From positions 1 through 64,000 of the forward strand of contig DATIFP010000021.1 of NCBI GenBank assembly GCA_035455165.1: DNA of 64,000 bases, written 5' to 3'. Each line of letters begins with the position of its first letter. The stretch's first letter is position 1. Of this stretch, positions 1-8,837 are shown one piece after another. Below the pieces are notes generated by a model. The model did not search any database. It had not been told where the DNA came from and worked only from the letters and a program-made list of their open reading frames with translations. The stretch comes from Blastocatellia bacterium. GTDB taxonomy: Bacteria > Acidobacteriota > Blastocatellia > UBA7656. A program made the translations under genes and the position numbers.

Positions 1-1707
1 GTCGATCTGCATATCAATCTTCAACGTGGAATTCGTCACCACCGCCGAAGTCCCCGCTCCGGGCCTTATGTCAGGTCCGTTCCCTAATACAAACACCCGG
101 AAGTTGTTCACTCCCGCAGATAGCGCCAGCCCGTTCTGCGCTACATCCGCTATCCCGTTCGCCATCGGTAAGTTTCCGGCTGTGCCGGCCACCGGTGCCG
201 TACAGATGTCAAACGCCCCGGAGCAATCCGCAAAACTGATCACCATCGACGGCGTCCCCGAAGCAAATGCGCTCGGCGCAGGGAACAGGCCTGACGTGCC
301 GTCGTCGCCGCTGCCCGCCGATCGCGACACCGCCGCGTACAACACGTTGCAAGGTCCCGTGTTGATCGCAACTATGTTCCCAAACAGCGTCGAGGTCCCC
401 GAGTAGTTGGTATACCGGGTAATCTGACTGACGTTGCCCCCCACAGGCCCCGATGCGTCAGAGTAGAGCCCATTCGTAGGATTCAGCGTGGTAAGAGTCC
501 CAAACCCGCTGGTCGCAAGGCTGCGATCCTGCCAGGCAGTGTCATCTTTCGACGCCGCCTTTACGATGTTGGCGCCAGTGAACTGTACGAGATCCACTTG
601 CTGGAAGTACACGCTGCCATCATCATCGACCGCGCACCCAGCTATGTTGCTGAAAACCGAAAACGCTACCCCGAATGCTGCGCCCACCGTTACTGGGAAC
701 CCAGTGTCCGTCAATATTATTCCGGCCTTTGCCGGCGAGACTACATCAGACACTGGAAACGCTAACAGTCCGCTGCGGACCGGCGTGTTGTTGGCTGCAA
801 GATTCAGCCCAGACTCGGTGTCAGTGTAGGTCACGTACAGGATCTCCCCGGTCACCCCTGGTGTGCCCGGGGTGGTCGGACCAAATGTCGGAGAGTAAGC
901 GCCGTTGACATGGCTAAACGAGCCCAGATCCGCTACTGGATTCACCGCCAAACCAGTGACCGTTACCTGGTCATCGCTATTGATCGTCCCGAACGCGTTC
1001 AGCACCGTTGGCAGGTTAATCTGGGTGATCGAGTCCACTCTGCCGTCCCCAGTCGTGTCTGCCCCTACCCACACGTTGCCGACCGAATCACCATAATAGT
1101 AGATGCTCTCGTTCCATCCATTCGCGAACGTGTGCTCGGAGATCGCAGTCCTCGTCAGCACGAAGTCGATGTCCGGTTCCGTGGTCGAGAAGTCGTCCAC
1201 CTTCGCTTCCCGGTCAGCCGCGCAGTCTTCGCGTCCATCCCAGTCAGCGAGCAGCGTCACTTCTGAAAACTGGTTGTCGCGGCCCCCGATGTTGGTCATC
1301 AACGCCGCCGACGTCGCGCTCTTTCCGTTCAAAACCTGCGGCTGCCCGCTCTGAATCGACACGCCCGACGATCCGCCAGACTTCAGCCGCTTCAGGATCT
1401 TCTTCGACGCTGCTGCCGGATCGGCCGTTCGCGGTATTCCCAGCGTCCTCCACGTCTCAGCGCTGATCTGCCCTCCGGCTTGCGCATCCTGCACCTGATC
1501 TACAGGTGTGATCTCCTGCCCGTTGGCCAACTTCATGCCTTGTTGGACTGGGACCGCAACCGGCGCAGGCTGAGCCTTGGCCGTTACTGCCGGTCGTGCG
1601 CTGCCACCGACGCCGGACGCGTGCGTGGACAGTCCCACCAGTGGCACCGCCAGCGCGGCTACCGCCACCACCACCACTGAAATGATGAGTGCTCTTCGTA
1701 TGTTCAT
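1..1707 (-). CDS. Secreted hypothetical protein, partial (C-terminus runs off the window); Gly/Thr/Ser/Asn-rich, possibly beta-helix/adhesin-like
   Basis: Manual minus-strand translation from ATG at 1707-1705 gives 569 codons with no stop down to base 1. N-terminus MNIRRALIISVVVVAVAALAVPLVGLSTHASG is a signal peptide. The track omits it because it lacks an in-window stop; the overlapping plus-strand ORFs 26-1354 are fragmented and spurious. Confidence 0.6.
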   Translation of the reverse strand, partial: MNIRRALIISVVVVAVAALAVPLVGLSTHASGVGGSARPAVTAKAQPAPVAVPVQQGMKLANGQEITPVDQVQDAQAGGQISAETWRTLGIPRTADPAAASKKILKRLKSGGSSGVSIQSGQPQVLNGKSATSAALMTNIGGRDNQFSEVTLLADWDGREDCAADREAKVDDFSTTEPDIDFVLTRTAISEHTFANGWNESIYYYGDSVGNVWVGADTTGDGRVDSITQINLPTVLNAFGTINSDDQVTVTGLAVNPVADLGSFSHVNGAYSPTFGPTTPGTPGVTGEILYVTYTDTESGLNLAANNTPVRSGLLAFPVSDVVSPAKAGIILTDTGFPVTVGAAFGVAFSVFSNIAGCAVDDDGSVYFQQVDLVQFTGANIVKAASKDDTAWQDRSLATSGFGTLTTLNPTNGLYSDASGPVGGNVSQITRYTNYSGTSTLFGNIVAINTGPCNVLYAAVSRSAGSGDDGTSGLFPAPSAFASGTPSMVISFADCSGAFDICTAPVAGTAGNLPMANGIADVAQNGLALSAGVNNFRVFVLGNGPDIRPGAGTSAVVTNSTLKIDMQID

Positions 1708-2284
1708 CTTCCTCTCCAATCTCTCGGAATCCCTGTCAGGAACCGGCTTTTGTTCCGACAACGCCGCCGAACATCAGAACCAGGGAGCGTCCGCTCACTG
1801 AATTTTCGACTGATGCCATTCCGGGTGACACCGGAATAGCCCGCGAGCTAGCCCGACTTCCGTAAACAATCGTGCACAGCTCGGGGAACTACTACTATTA
1901 GTGCCTACAATCATTCAGAACTTTTTCTTCCTGAATCGACGAAAGCTGCAACAAAACCAAGCAGCCCAGAGAACCCTCGGACCCTGCGGTGCGAAAATCG
2001 TGCACTATCCGTGCCAAAGCAAGCCTAAAGAAACCACAGTTAAGAAGCAGATCCAGCCAAAGCCTATAACTACACTGTCTGCCGCAGATATTCTGTGGCT
2101 CAATGAGTGCACGGTACCAGACGACAAACACTGATCCGAAATAGTTGGATACCTGGTGCGCATTTACTGGGAACTCCTTATCCACAGAGTGCCTCGGCAT
2201 ATACAGGTCATTTTGGGCTCCGAGCTCCGACTGTTTTCGTCTTCGGAATTTGATCGACTCGGGTGTTTGCTCAAATCTACCGGC

Positions 2285-2320
2285 AGTCACTATAATTCGG
2301 CTTTGTCGATTTCACGGAGG
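2285..2320 (+). promoter_or_regulatory. Putative sigma70 -10 box (TATAAT at 2291-2296) and RBS GGAGG (2314-2318) upstream of the HAD hydrolase gene
   Basis: Perfect TATAAT and GGAGG lie 10 nt upstream of the TTG start at 2329. Confidence 0.3.
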
Positions 2321-2328
2321 CATGTGAT

Positions 2329-3057
2329 TTGCGGGATCAGACGGGAGCAATTCTATTCGACTTAGACGGGACGTTGATAGACACTACTGACCTGATCCTT
2401 GAATGTTTCAGACATTCGTGGGAGCGCGTGTGCGGTTTCAGCCATCCGCGCGAATCATACCTGCGAACGTTCGGTGCGCCCCTGCGCGATGCAATGCAAC
2501 AGTTGCTGACGCGGACCGCTGACGCGACAGAGAGCGGCGGTATTGACGAACCCGATCGGGTCATAGAGCAATTGCTGGGTGAATATCGCAGATTCAATCT
2601 CGCAAATCACGACCGGCTCGCTTTACCGGTCCCCGGCGCGCGCGAGTCGCTTGCAGAGCTGAGACGGCGCGGGTACGTGATCGCGGTTGTCACATCGAAG
2701 GGCCGGGAGCTGGCGACTCGAGGACTTAGGTTGTGCGGGCTGGACTCCCTAGTCGATTCCGCCGTTTTCCTTGAAGACACGAATACGCACAAGCCGAATC
2801 CCGAGCCAATACTCGCCGCGTTGGACCGTTTGGGTACTCAGCCCGCGGAAGCCGTTTATGTCGGAGACAGCCGTCACGATATGCGAGCCGCGCGCGCGGC
2901 AGGGGTTCAGACTATAGCTGCGCTTTGGGGGCCGGCACCGCGAGCAGAATTAGAGGACGAGCGGCCAGATTTTCTTGCTGAGTCCATCACAGATTTGCTT
3001 TCGATTTTCAACGGACGAAATGACACCCGGGCTGGTGAGCGAGAATGCAAAGAATAA
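2329..3057 (+). CDS. HAD-IA family hydrolase (phosphoglycolate phosphatase / PpaX-like)
   Basis: Motif I FDLDGTLIDT, motif II VTSKG, motif III/IV K...GDSRHD; TTG start with RBS. Confidence 0.8.
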   Translation: MRDQTGAILFDLDGTLIDTTDLILECFRHSWERVCGFSHPRESYLRTFGAPLRDAMQQLLTRTADATESGGIDEPDRVIEQLLGEYRRFNLANHDRLALPVPGARESLAELRRRGYVIAVVTSKGRELATRGLRLCGLDSLVDSAVFLEDTNTHKPNPEPILAALDRLGTQPAEAVYVGDSRHDMRAARAAGVQTIAALWGPAPRAELEDERPDFLAESITDLLSIFNGRNDTRAGERECKE

Positions 3058-4874
3058 AGGATCGTTACAGAGATCTGCGGGCCGGCGAAGAGGGTGTGAT
3101 CAGTCATAAGCCTCGAGGACTGGGGCTCGATGTTGCGCTCGCGTACCCGAACACCTATTACATAGGGATGTCCAATCTCGGGTTTCAAGCCGTTTATCAG
3201 TTGTTCAACTCTCATTCTGAAGTCTCCTGCGAGCGGGTATTTGTACCCGATCAGGACGTTGAAACGGAGATCGAGCGCACCGGCTCGTCCCTGCTTTCGC
3301 TGGAGTCCGAAACGCCCGTGACTGAATTCGACATCCTGGCCATCTCGGTCTCGTTCGAAACTGACTACCTGAACATACCGAAGCTCCTCAGGCTCTCGAA
3401 GATCCCGATAAAGGCGACGGACCGCAACCAGTGGCATCCCATTGTGATAATGGGAGGCGCGGCGGCGTTCTTGAATCCCGAACCAGTGGCAGACTTTGTG
3501 GATGTAGTTTGTGTCGGCGAAGGCGAAGTGCTCGTTCCGGCCTTGCTCGCAGTAATTAACGAGGCAGAATCTCGCGAAGACATATTGCTCCGCCTTTCGC
3601 GCGAGCCCGGCTTCTACATTCCAAAGTTCTATGAGATCTCTTACAAGGAAGACGGTCGCGTTGAGGATATCGTACCCACCGGCGATGCCCCGCGGCGCGT
3701 TTTTACGATGCGCAACCCCATGCGCAAGCAGGAGGGGAATGGCAGTTTCGAAGACGACTTCATCCCCGCAAGCGAAATCATAACCAGCAACACAGAGATG
3801 AGCGGCCGCTACTTGATTGAGATCTCGCGTGGCTGCTCGATGGGCTGCCGCTTCTGCTGGGCGGGCTACTCTTATCTTGCGCCTCGCGTGTTCTCGGCCG
3901 AGAAACTCCTGGCGCGCGCTGCCCAGATGCGCGGGTTCACAGACAAGATTGGCCTCGTCGCCACCGCGGTTTGCGACCACCCGGAGATCCATCAAATCCT
4001 GGCTGGTCTCGAGGAACTCGATTACCAGGTTTCAGTTTCATCGCTCCGTCTGGATCAGATTTCGCCGGAGTTGCTCGATGCGCTGGTCCGGCGAAACGAC
4101 CAGCAGATAGCAATTGCTCCTGAAACCGGCTCAGACCGATTGCGACGCGTAATCAACAAAGACCTCACCAACGATCAGATCGTCGAGATCGCGGACATGA
4201 TCTTCGAACGAGGCATATTGAACGTGAAGCTCTACATGATGATAGGGCTGCCCACGGAATTGGATGAGGATCTGGATGCAATTGTTTCCCTCACCGAACG
4301 AATCCGTGATCGGATGCTAGATGCTGCCCGCCCGCGGGGCAAGGCGGGCTCGATCATTGTCTCGTTGAATGCCTTCGTCCCGAAGCCGCAAACGCCGTTT
4401 CAATGGGAACCCATCCAGTCGGAACGCGTTCTCGATCGAAAGATCAAGTACCTGACCAAGGCGCTCAAGCAGCGACCAAATATCGAGGTGAGGGCGATGT
4501 CTTCGCGTATCGCCCAGCTCCAGGCGCTTCTATCGCTGGGCGACCGACGGGTATCAGAGTTCATTTTGGAAGCAGACCGCACCGGCAATTGGCGACAAGC
4601 GATGCGCGTCTGGATTGATTATGCGCTCAGGCGTCGTTCGCTGGATGAGCTGCTCCCATGGGATGTCGTAGACATCGGTTTGACGGCTGAGTTCATGAAG
4701 CGGGAATACCTGCGCGCGATGGCTGAGAAGACCACCAAACCCTGCCCGGCGACCGATCCCTGCGTTCGTTGTGGCGTCTGCGATCCAAGGACCCTTCCCG
4801 AAAACGCAATGGTGCAGTTGGAGTGGATGAAACCGGTCAGTGTTTCGGCAGCCTCGGGACCGGCAGGCGATTGA
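3045..4874 (+). CDS. B12-binding-domain radical SAM protein (TIGR03960-like, uncharacterised)
   Basis: CSMGCRFC = CxxxCxxC radical-SAM cluster motif; N-terminal B12-binding-like region; 609 aa; overlaps the upstream gene by 13 nt. Confidence 0.75.
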   Translation: MQRIKDRYRDLRAGEEGVISHKPRGLGLDVALAYPNTYYIGMSNLGFQAVYQLFNSHSEVSCERVFVPDQDVETEIERTGSSLLSLESETPVTEFDILAISVSFETDYLNIPKLLRLSKIPIKATDRNQWHPIVIMGGAAAFLNPEPVADFVDVVCVGEGEVLVPALLAVINEAESREDILLRLSREPGFYIPKFYEISYKEDGRVEDIVPTGDAPRRVFTMRNPMRKQEGNGSFEDDFIPASEIITSNTEMSGRYLIEISRGCSMGCRFCWAGYSYLAPRVFSAEKLLARAAQMRGFTDKIGLVATAVCDHPEIHQILAGLEELDYQVSVSSLRLDQISPELLDALVRRNDQQIAIAPETGSDRLRRVINKDLTNDQIVEIADMIFERGILNVKLYMMIGLPTELDEDLDAIVSLTERIRDRMLDAARPRGKAGSIIVSLNAFVPKPQTPFQWEPIQSERVLDRKIKYLTKALKQRPNIEVRAMSSRIAQLQALLSLGDRRVSEFILEADRTGNWRQAMRVWIDYALRRRSLDELLPWDVVDIGLTAEFMKREYLRAMAEKTTKPCPATDPCVRCGVCDPRTLPENAMVQLEWMKPVSVSAASGPAGD

Positions 4875-4875
4875 G

Positions 4876-5598
4876 CTATTCCTGCTTCCCGAGATAAGCC
4901 GCCACGACTTCGGGGTCCCCGGCCACGTCCTCGGGTTTCCCCTCGGCAATCTTGCGCCCGTGGTGGAGTACTATCACTCGATCGCTGATGCTCATCACTA
5001 CTTGCATCACGTGTTCGACTCCCGCGACCGCTGAGATTCCGCGCTCGTCCCTCAATCGCTTGATCAGTTCGACCGCTTGTTTGGATTCGCTGGGGTTCAG
5101 CCCGGACATCACTTCGTCAAGCAGTATCAGCTGAGGGCCGGTCGCAAGCGAACGCGCCAGCTCGAGCCGCTTGCGCAACCCGATTGGCAACCCGTCTGCT
5201 TGCGCGTCGCCAACCTCCTTCAGCTCGGTGAACTCAAGGACGTCTCCGGCGATTAGTCGAGCTTCGGCGCGATCTCCAGTTCGCGCGAAGGCGCCGACCA
5301 GAACGTTCTCGAATACGCTCAAGCCTCGAAGAGGCTTCACCACCTGGAAGGTCCGGCCAACGCCTGCAAGCGAAATCTGGTGCGGTTTGTGACCGACGAG
5401 ATTCACGCCGTTGAAGAAGACTTCTCCTTCGGTCGGGCGAAGAAAGCCGGTGATGAGGTTAAACACCGTGGTCTTGCCTGCGCCGTTCGGTCCTATGATG
5501 CTGACCGTCTCGCCCGCGCTCACGTTGAAGCTGAGCGCATCGACCGCAACGAGCCCTCCGAATCGCTTGGTCAGATTTCTTACTTCAAGCAGAGACAC
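4876..5598 (-). CDS. livG: Branched-chain amino acid ABC transporter ATP-binding protein LivG
   Basis: Walker A GPNGAGKTT, RFGGLVAV, ITGF..PT, signature LSGL and C-terminal AYLG match LivG rather than LivF. Confidence 0.85.
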   Translation of the reverse strand: MSLLEVRNLTKRFGGLVAVDALSFNVSAGETVSIIGPNGAGKTTVFNLITGFLRPTEGEVFFNGVNLVGHKPHQISLAGVGRTFQVVKPLRGLSVFENVLVGAFARTGDRAEARLIAGDVLEFTELKEVGDAQADGLPIGLRKRLELARSLATGPQLILLDEVMSGLNPSESKQAVELIKRLRDERGISAVAGVEHVMQVVMSISDRVIVLHHGRKIAEGKPEDVAGDPEVVAAYLGKQE

Positions 5599-6538
5599 CT
5601 TGGGTCTTCCTTGTCCGAAATCTGAATAGCTTCCTGATGCCTCCCATCAGTCCTTCCGGCATGAAAAGGATCACCAGTATTAGCAGCGCACCGTAAATCA
5701 AAAGATTCGCCTGTGCGAATTCATTTCGAAACACTTCCGACGATAGCTTGAGAAGCACCGCGCCCAAGACGGGTCCCGCTACCGTTCCGAGTCCGCCGAT
5801 GATCGCCATCAACACGATCTCAACTGACAGCGCGAGTGGTAACACCACGGTCGGATCGACGAACAGAAAATAGTTGGCAAAGAACGCCCCGGCGATCGCC
5901 GTCAAGGTTGCGCTGATGGCAAGCGCCAGCAGTTTGTACCTGGTCGTGTTGACTCCGATCGATTCCGCGGTCTCCTCGTCCTCCCGGATTGCCATCAGGT
6001 AGTAACCCAGCTTTCGAGTGCTTATGAGCCTGCTGAAGGCCACTGTCCCTGCGGCTATTGCCAAGACGATGTAGTAATACGGGATCTTGCCGGTGCCGCT
6101 GAACAGGGAAGGCCGAATCACCACTCCGACAGCGCCCCCCGTCAGATCACTCCAATTCAGCGCCAACAGTCGCACGACTTCGCCGATCGCGATGGTCGCG
6201 AGTGTGAAGTAGGGCCCGCGCAGCCGAAAGCATATCCAGCCCACCAACAACGCGATCGGCAAAACAATCAACGGACCCGCTAAGATCCCCCACCAGGGAG
6301 AAACCTGAGTCTTGCTGGCGATGACTGCGGTAGCGTACGCGCCGATGCCAAAGAACGCAGAGTGACCCAGTGAGAGTTGGCCGGCGAATCCTCCGAGGAT
6401 GTTCCAGGCGGATCCAAGCGCGACGTACAACAGGACCAAAATCAAGACGTGTTGAGAATATCGCGCCGGGAATATCGCCGGCGCCGCAATCAAGAAGAGT
6501 CCAGCAAGCGGGAGGTATATCGATGCTCTGCGTTTCAT
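5585..6538 (-). CDS. livM: Branched-chain amino acid ABC transporter permease LivM
   Basis: Polytopic membrane protein with LivM-like conserved core; 14-nt overlap with livG. Confidence 0.85.
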   Translation of the reverse strand: MKRRASIYLPLAGLFLIAAPAIFPARYSQHVLILVLLYVALGSAWNILGGFAGQLSLGHSAFFGIGAYATAVIASKTQVSPWWGILAGPLIVLPIALLVGWICFRLRGPYFTLATIAIGEVVRLLALNWSDLTGGAVGVVIRPSLFSGTGKIPYYYIVLAIAAGTVAFSRLISTRKLGYYLMAIREDEETAESIGVNTTRYKLLALAISATLTAIAGAFFANYFLFVDPTVVLPLALSVEIVLMAIIGGLGTVAGPVLGAVLLKLSSEVFRNEFAQANLLIYGALLILVILFMPEGLMGGIRKLFRFRTRKTQGVSA

Positions 6539-6569
6539 GAGCTATGCCAAACGGCGGTGAAGGTGTGGA

Positions 6570-8693
6570 TCACACCTTCGATCTCCCGAGGAGTCCAGAC
6601 GGCTTCAGTGTCAATACCAGAACGAAAATCACAAAACCGATCACGTCCTTATACCCGGTTGCGACGTACACGGCGCCAAGAGATTCGGCTATTCCCAGAA
6701 CTATTCCGCCGATAAGCGCGCCGGTGACGCTCCCCATCCCGCCAAGCACCACGACCACGAACGCTTTCAAGGTGAATGGAGAGCCCGCGTTCGGTTCGAC
6801 CCGATAATAGATGGGCATCAGCAGGGATCCTGCCGCGCCGGCGGCGGCAACGCCGAATCCGAATGTGAGCGCCTGAATTCGTTTGATGTTGATGCCGATC
6901 AGTCGAGCGCCCTCCGGATCTTGCGAGGTCGCTCGAATCTGCCGGCCGGTTCGCGTTTTGACCAGGAAAAGGTAGTCAGCCGCGGTGATCACCACCGCGA
7001 TCGCGAACGCTGCCAGCTGCGGCTTGCTCACCGAAACTCCGCCCACGTGCAACGTAGCTCCGGCATAGCTGGTGCTCATCGTCAAATAATTCGACGTGAA
7101 TAGCAGCAACGCGGTGTTGATCAAGACGATGCTGATGCCTTCGGTGAGCAGAATCTGATTGAGCTCGGGCGCTCCAAGCACCGGAGCGATCAGGGTCTTC
7201 TGAATGATCACTCCCGCGACAAACATCACGGGCATCACGACAACGATCGACAGAAACGGATCGACTCGAGAATATGTAAACAAGAAATAAGTCGCATACA
7301 TTCCGACCATCACCAGGGCCCCGTGCGCGAAGTTGACCACACGCATCACTCCGAAAATGATGGTCAATCCGATTCCGATCAGCGCGTAGATGCCTCCGGT
7401 GAGCAGCCCACTGGAAATGGTCTGCAACAGCTTCTCGCTTCCAGACACCGAAACGGCAACGTGAGGTTCTGCGGCAACACCCTCCGGCCCGTCTGTGATC
7501 GCTCGCCGGGAGCGCCACTGCGGAGTCGGCAGGTACGGCGGCTTGATCGCAACCGAAGGCGGCCATGTCGTCACGAATTTGCCACCCAGGACTTGAGTGA
7601 TCGCCACCGGGTGCTCGTTCTGGCCGACGCTGTTGAAATGTATGGGTCCAAAGATCGAGTCCATGCTCGATGTCCGGATCGCATCGCGCACCGCCGTGCG
7701 CATGGTTGACCCCGCGCGTTGGATCGCGTCCGCGAGTATTTTCAGCGACATATACGCCTGCACGCTGTGATACGAGGGTTCGTAGTTCCACCTCGCACGG
7801 AAGGCATCTGCCCACTCGCGCGAGCCGGTCCAGGTCGCATCTGGGGTCCATTGTGTGACCGAGATGGTGAACTCGGCCGTATCGCCCGCGCCCTTGAGAA
7901 AGTCCGGCAGCGAGAACCCCGCGCCGCCGGCCGTAAAAACCTTGGGATTCAGGTCGATTTCTTTCGACTGCCGCATCAGCAGAGTTGCGTCGGCGAGGTA
8001 GGATACGAACAACACCGCGTCGGGCTCTTCCGACTTGACGCGAGTCAGAAGAGGCGTGAAATCGGTTCCGCCTTGATCGTATGCCTCGTAGGCTACAATC
8101 TCGATTCCAGCTCTGGGAGCCTGTTCCAGGGCCGCGCGCGCAACGCTGGATCCGAACTGGGTGTTCTCATACACGACCGCAAGCCGGTGCGCGTCGGCAA
8201 CCTTCGATAGAAAGTCTACCAGCGCCCGTCCGTAGTCGCTCGACGCAGCGCACACGCGGAACACCCATTCGTAGCCCTGGCGAGTGATCTCGTCGGTGAT
8301 CGCGCTCGGGCAGAGCATGGGGATCTGGTAGCGATTGGCGACCGCAGCCGCGGGAAACGTCGCCGAGCTCGAATAAGCGCCCATCAGCGCGACGATATCA
8401 TCCCTGTCCGACAGCTTTTCGACCGTAAGGCTGGCGACTTCCGGCTTCGACGTATCGTCTTGATATATGAGCTCGAGTTTCTTCCCCAGCACACCCGAAC
8501 CATTGATTTCGTCGAGGGCCATCTCATAGCCGTACTTCTGTGCCTGGCCAAAGCGGGCCTCGGGACCGGTGAGCGAGGTTATTACGCCGACGCGAATCAC
8601 CGTCTCATCAGAAGCTTTCTCCTGACTGCGGCAACCGACGGAACAGAAGCAAAGTGTGGTTATTGAAACGGCGAGCAGACGTTTGAATTTCAC
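6570..8693 (-). CDS. Fusion protein: periplasmic Leu/Ile/Val-type substrate-binding lipoprotein (N-terminal) fused to LivH-type permease (C-terminal)
   Basis: Signal/lipobox ...LCFCSVGC; roughly 390-aa type-I PBP domain, then a linker and LLTGGIYALIGIGLTIIFGVMRVVNFAHGA (LivH N-terminal signature) and multiple TM helices in one 707-aa ORF with no internal start needed. Confidence 0.8.
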   Translation of the reverse strand: MKFKRLLAVSITTLCFCSVGCRSQEKASDETVIRVGVITSLTGPEARFGQAQKYGYEMALDEINGSGVLGKKLELIYQDDTSKPEVASLTVEKLSDRDDIVALMGAYSSSATFPAAAVANRYQIPMLCPSAITDEITRQGYEWVFRVCAASSDYGRALVDFLSKVADAHRLAVVYENTQFGSSVARAALEQAPRAGIEIVAYEAYDQGGTDFTPLLTRVKSEEPDAVLFVSYLADATLLMRQSKEIDLNPKVFTAGGAGFSLPDFLKGAGDTAEFTISVTQWTPDATWTGSREWADAFRARWNYEPSYHSVQAYMSLKILADAIQRAGSTMRTAVRDAIRTSSMDSIFGPIHFNSVGQNEHPVAITQVLGGKFVTTWPPSVAIKPPYLPTPQWRSRRAITDGPEGVAAEPHVAVSVSGSEKLLQTISSGLLTGGIYALIGIGLTIIFGVMRVVNFAHGALVMVGMYATYFLFTYSRVDPFLSIVVVMPVMFVAGVIIQKTLIAPVLGAPELNQILLTEGISIVLINTALLLFTSNYLTMSTSYAGATLHVGGVSVSKPQLAAFAIAVVITAADYLFLVKTRTGRQIRATSQDPEGARLIGINIKRIQALTFGFGVAAAGAAGSLLMPIYYRVEPNAGSPFTLKAFVVVVLGGMGSVTGALIGGIVLGIAESLGAVYVATGYKDVIGFVIFVLVLTLKPSGLLGRSKV

Positions 8694-8837
8694 CGGCGCT
8701 CTTTATAAGGGTTGGAACGGATAATCTCAAGTCGTTTTCCCGGGCCTATGCCAGCCACTAAGACTCAAAAGCACAAGGAAGCACCAACCCGTTCGTGCCT
8801 CTTTGTGCCTTTGAGTCTCAGTTTCGGCGCTGTTTAA

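Noticed and set aside
26-1354. Plus-strand ORFs 26-406, 488-829, 675-908, 905-1096, 910-1266 and 1103-1354 from the track
   Set aside because: They are fragmented, mutually overlapping and antisense to a continuous 569-codon minus-strand ORF with a signal peptide; they are typical high-GC antisense artefacts.
2907-3995. 362-aa minus-strand ORF
   Set aside because: Entirely antisense to the radical SAM gene; Arg/Ala-rich low-complexity translation with no motifs.
6976-8210. 291-aa minus-strand and 163-aa plus-strand ORFs inside the SBP-LivH gene
   Set aside because: Alternate-frame and antisense ORFs within a well-supported transporter gene; Arg/His-rich spurious composition.
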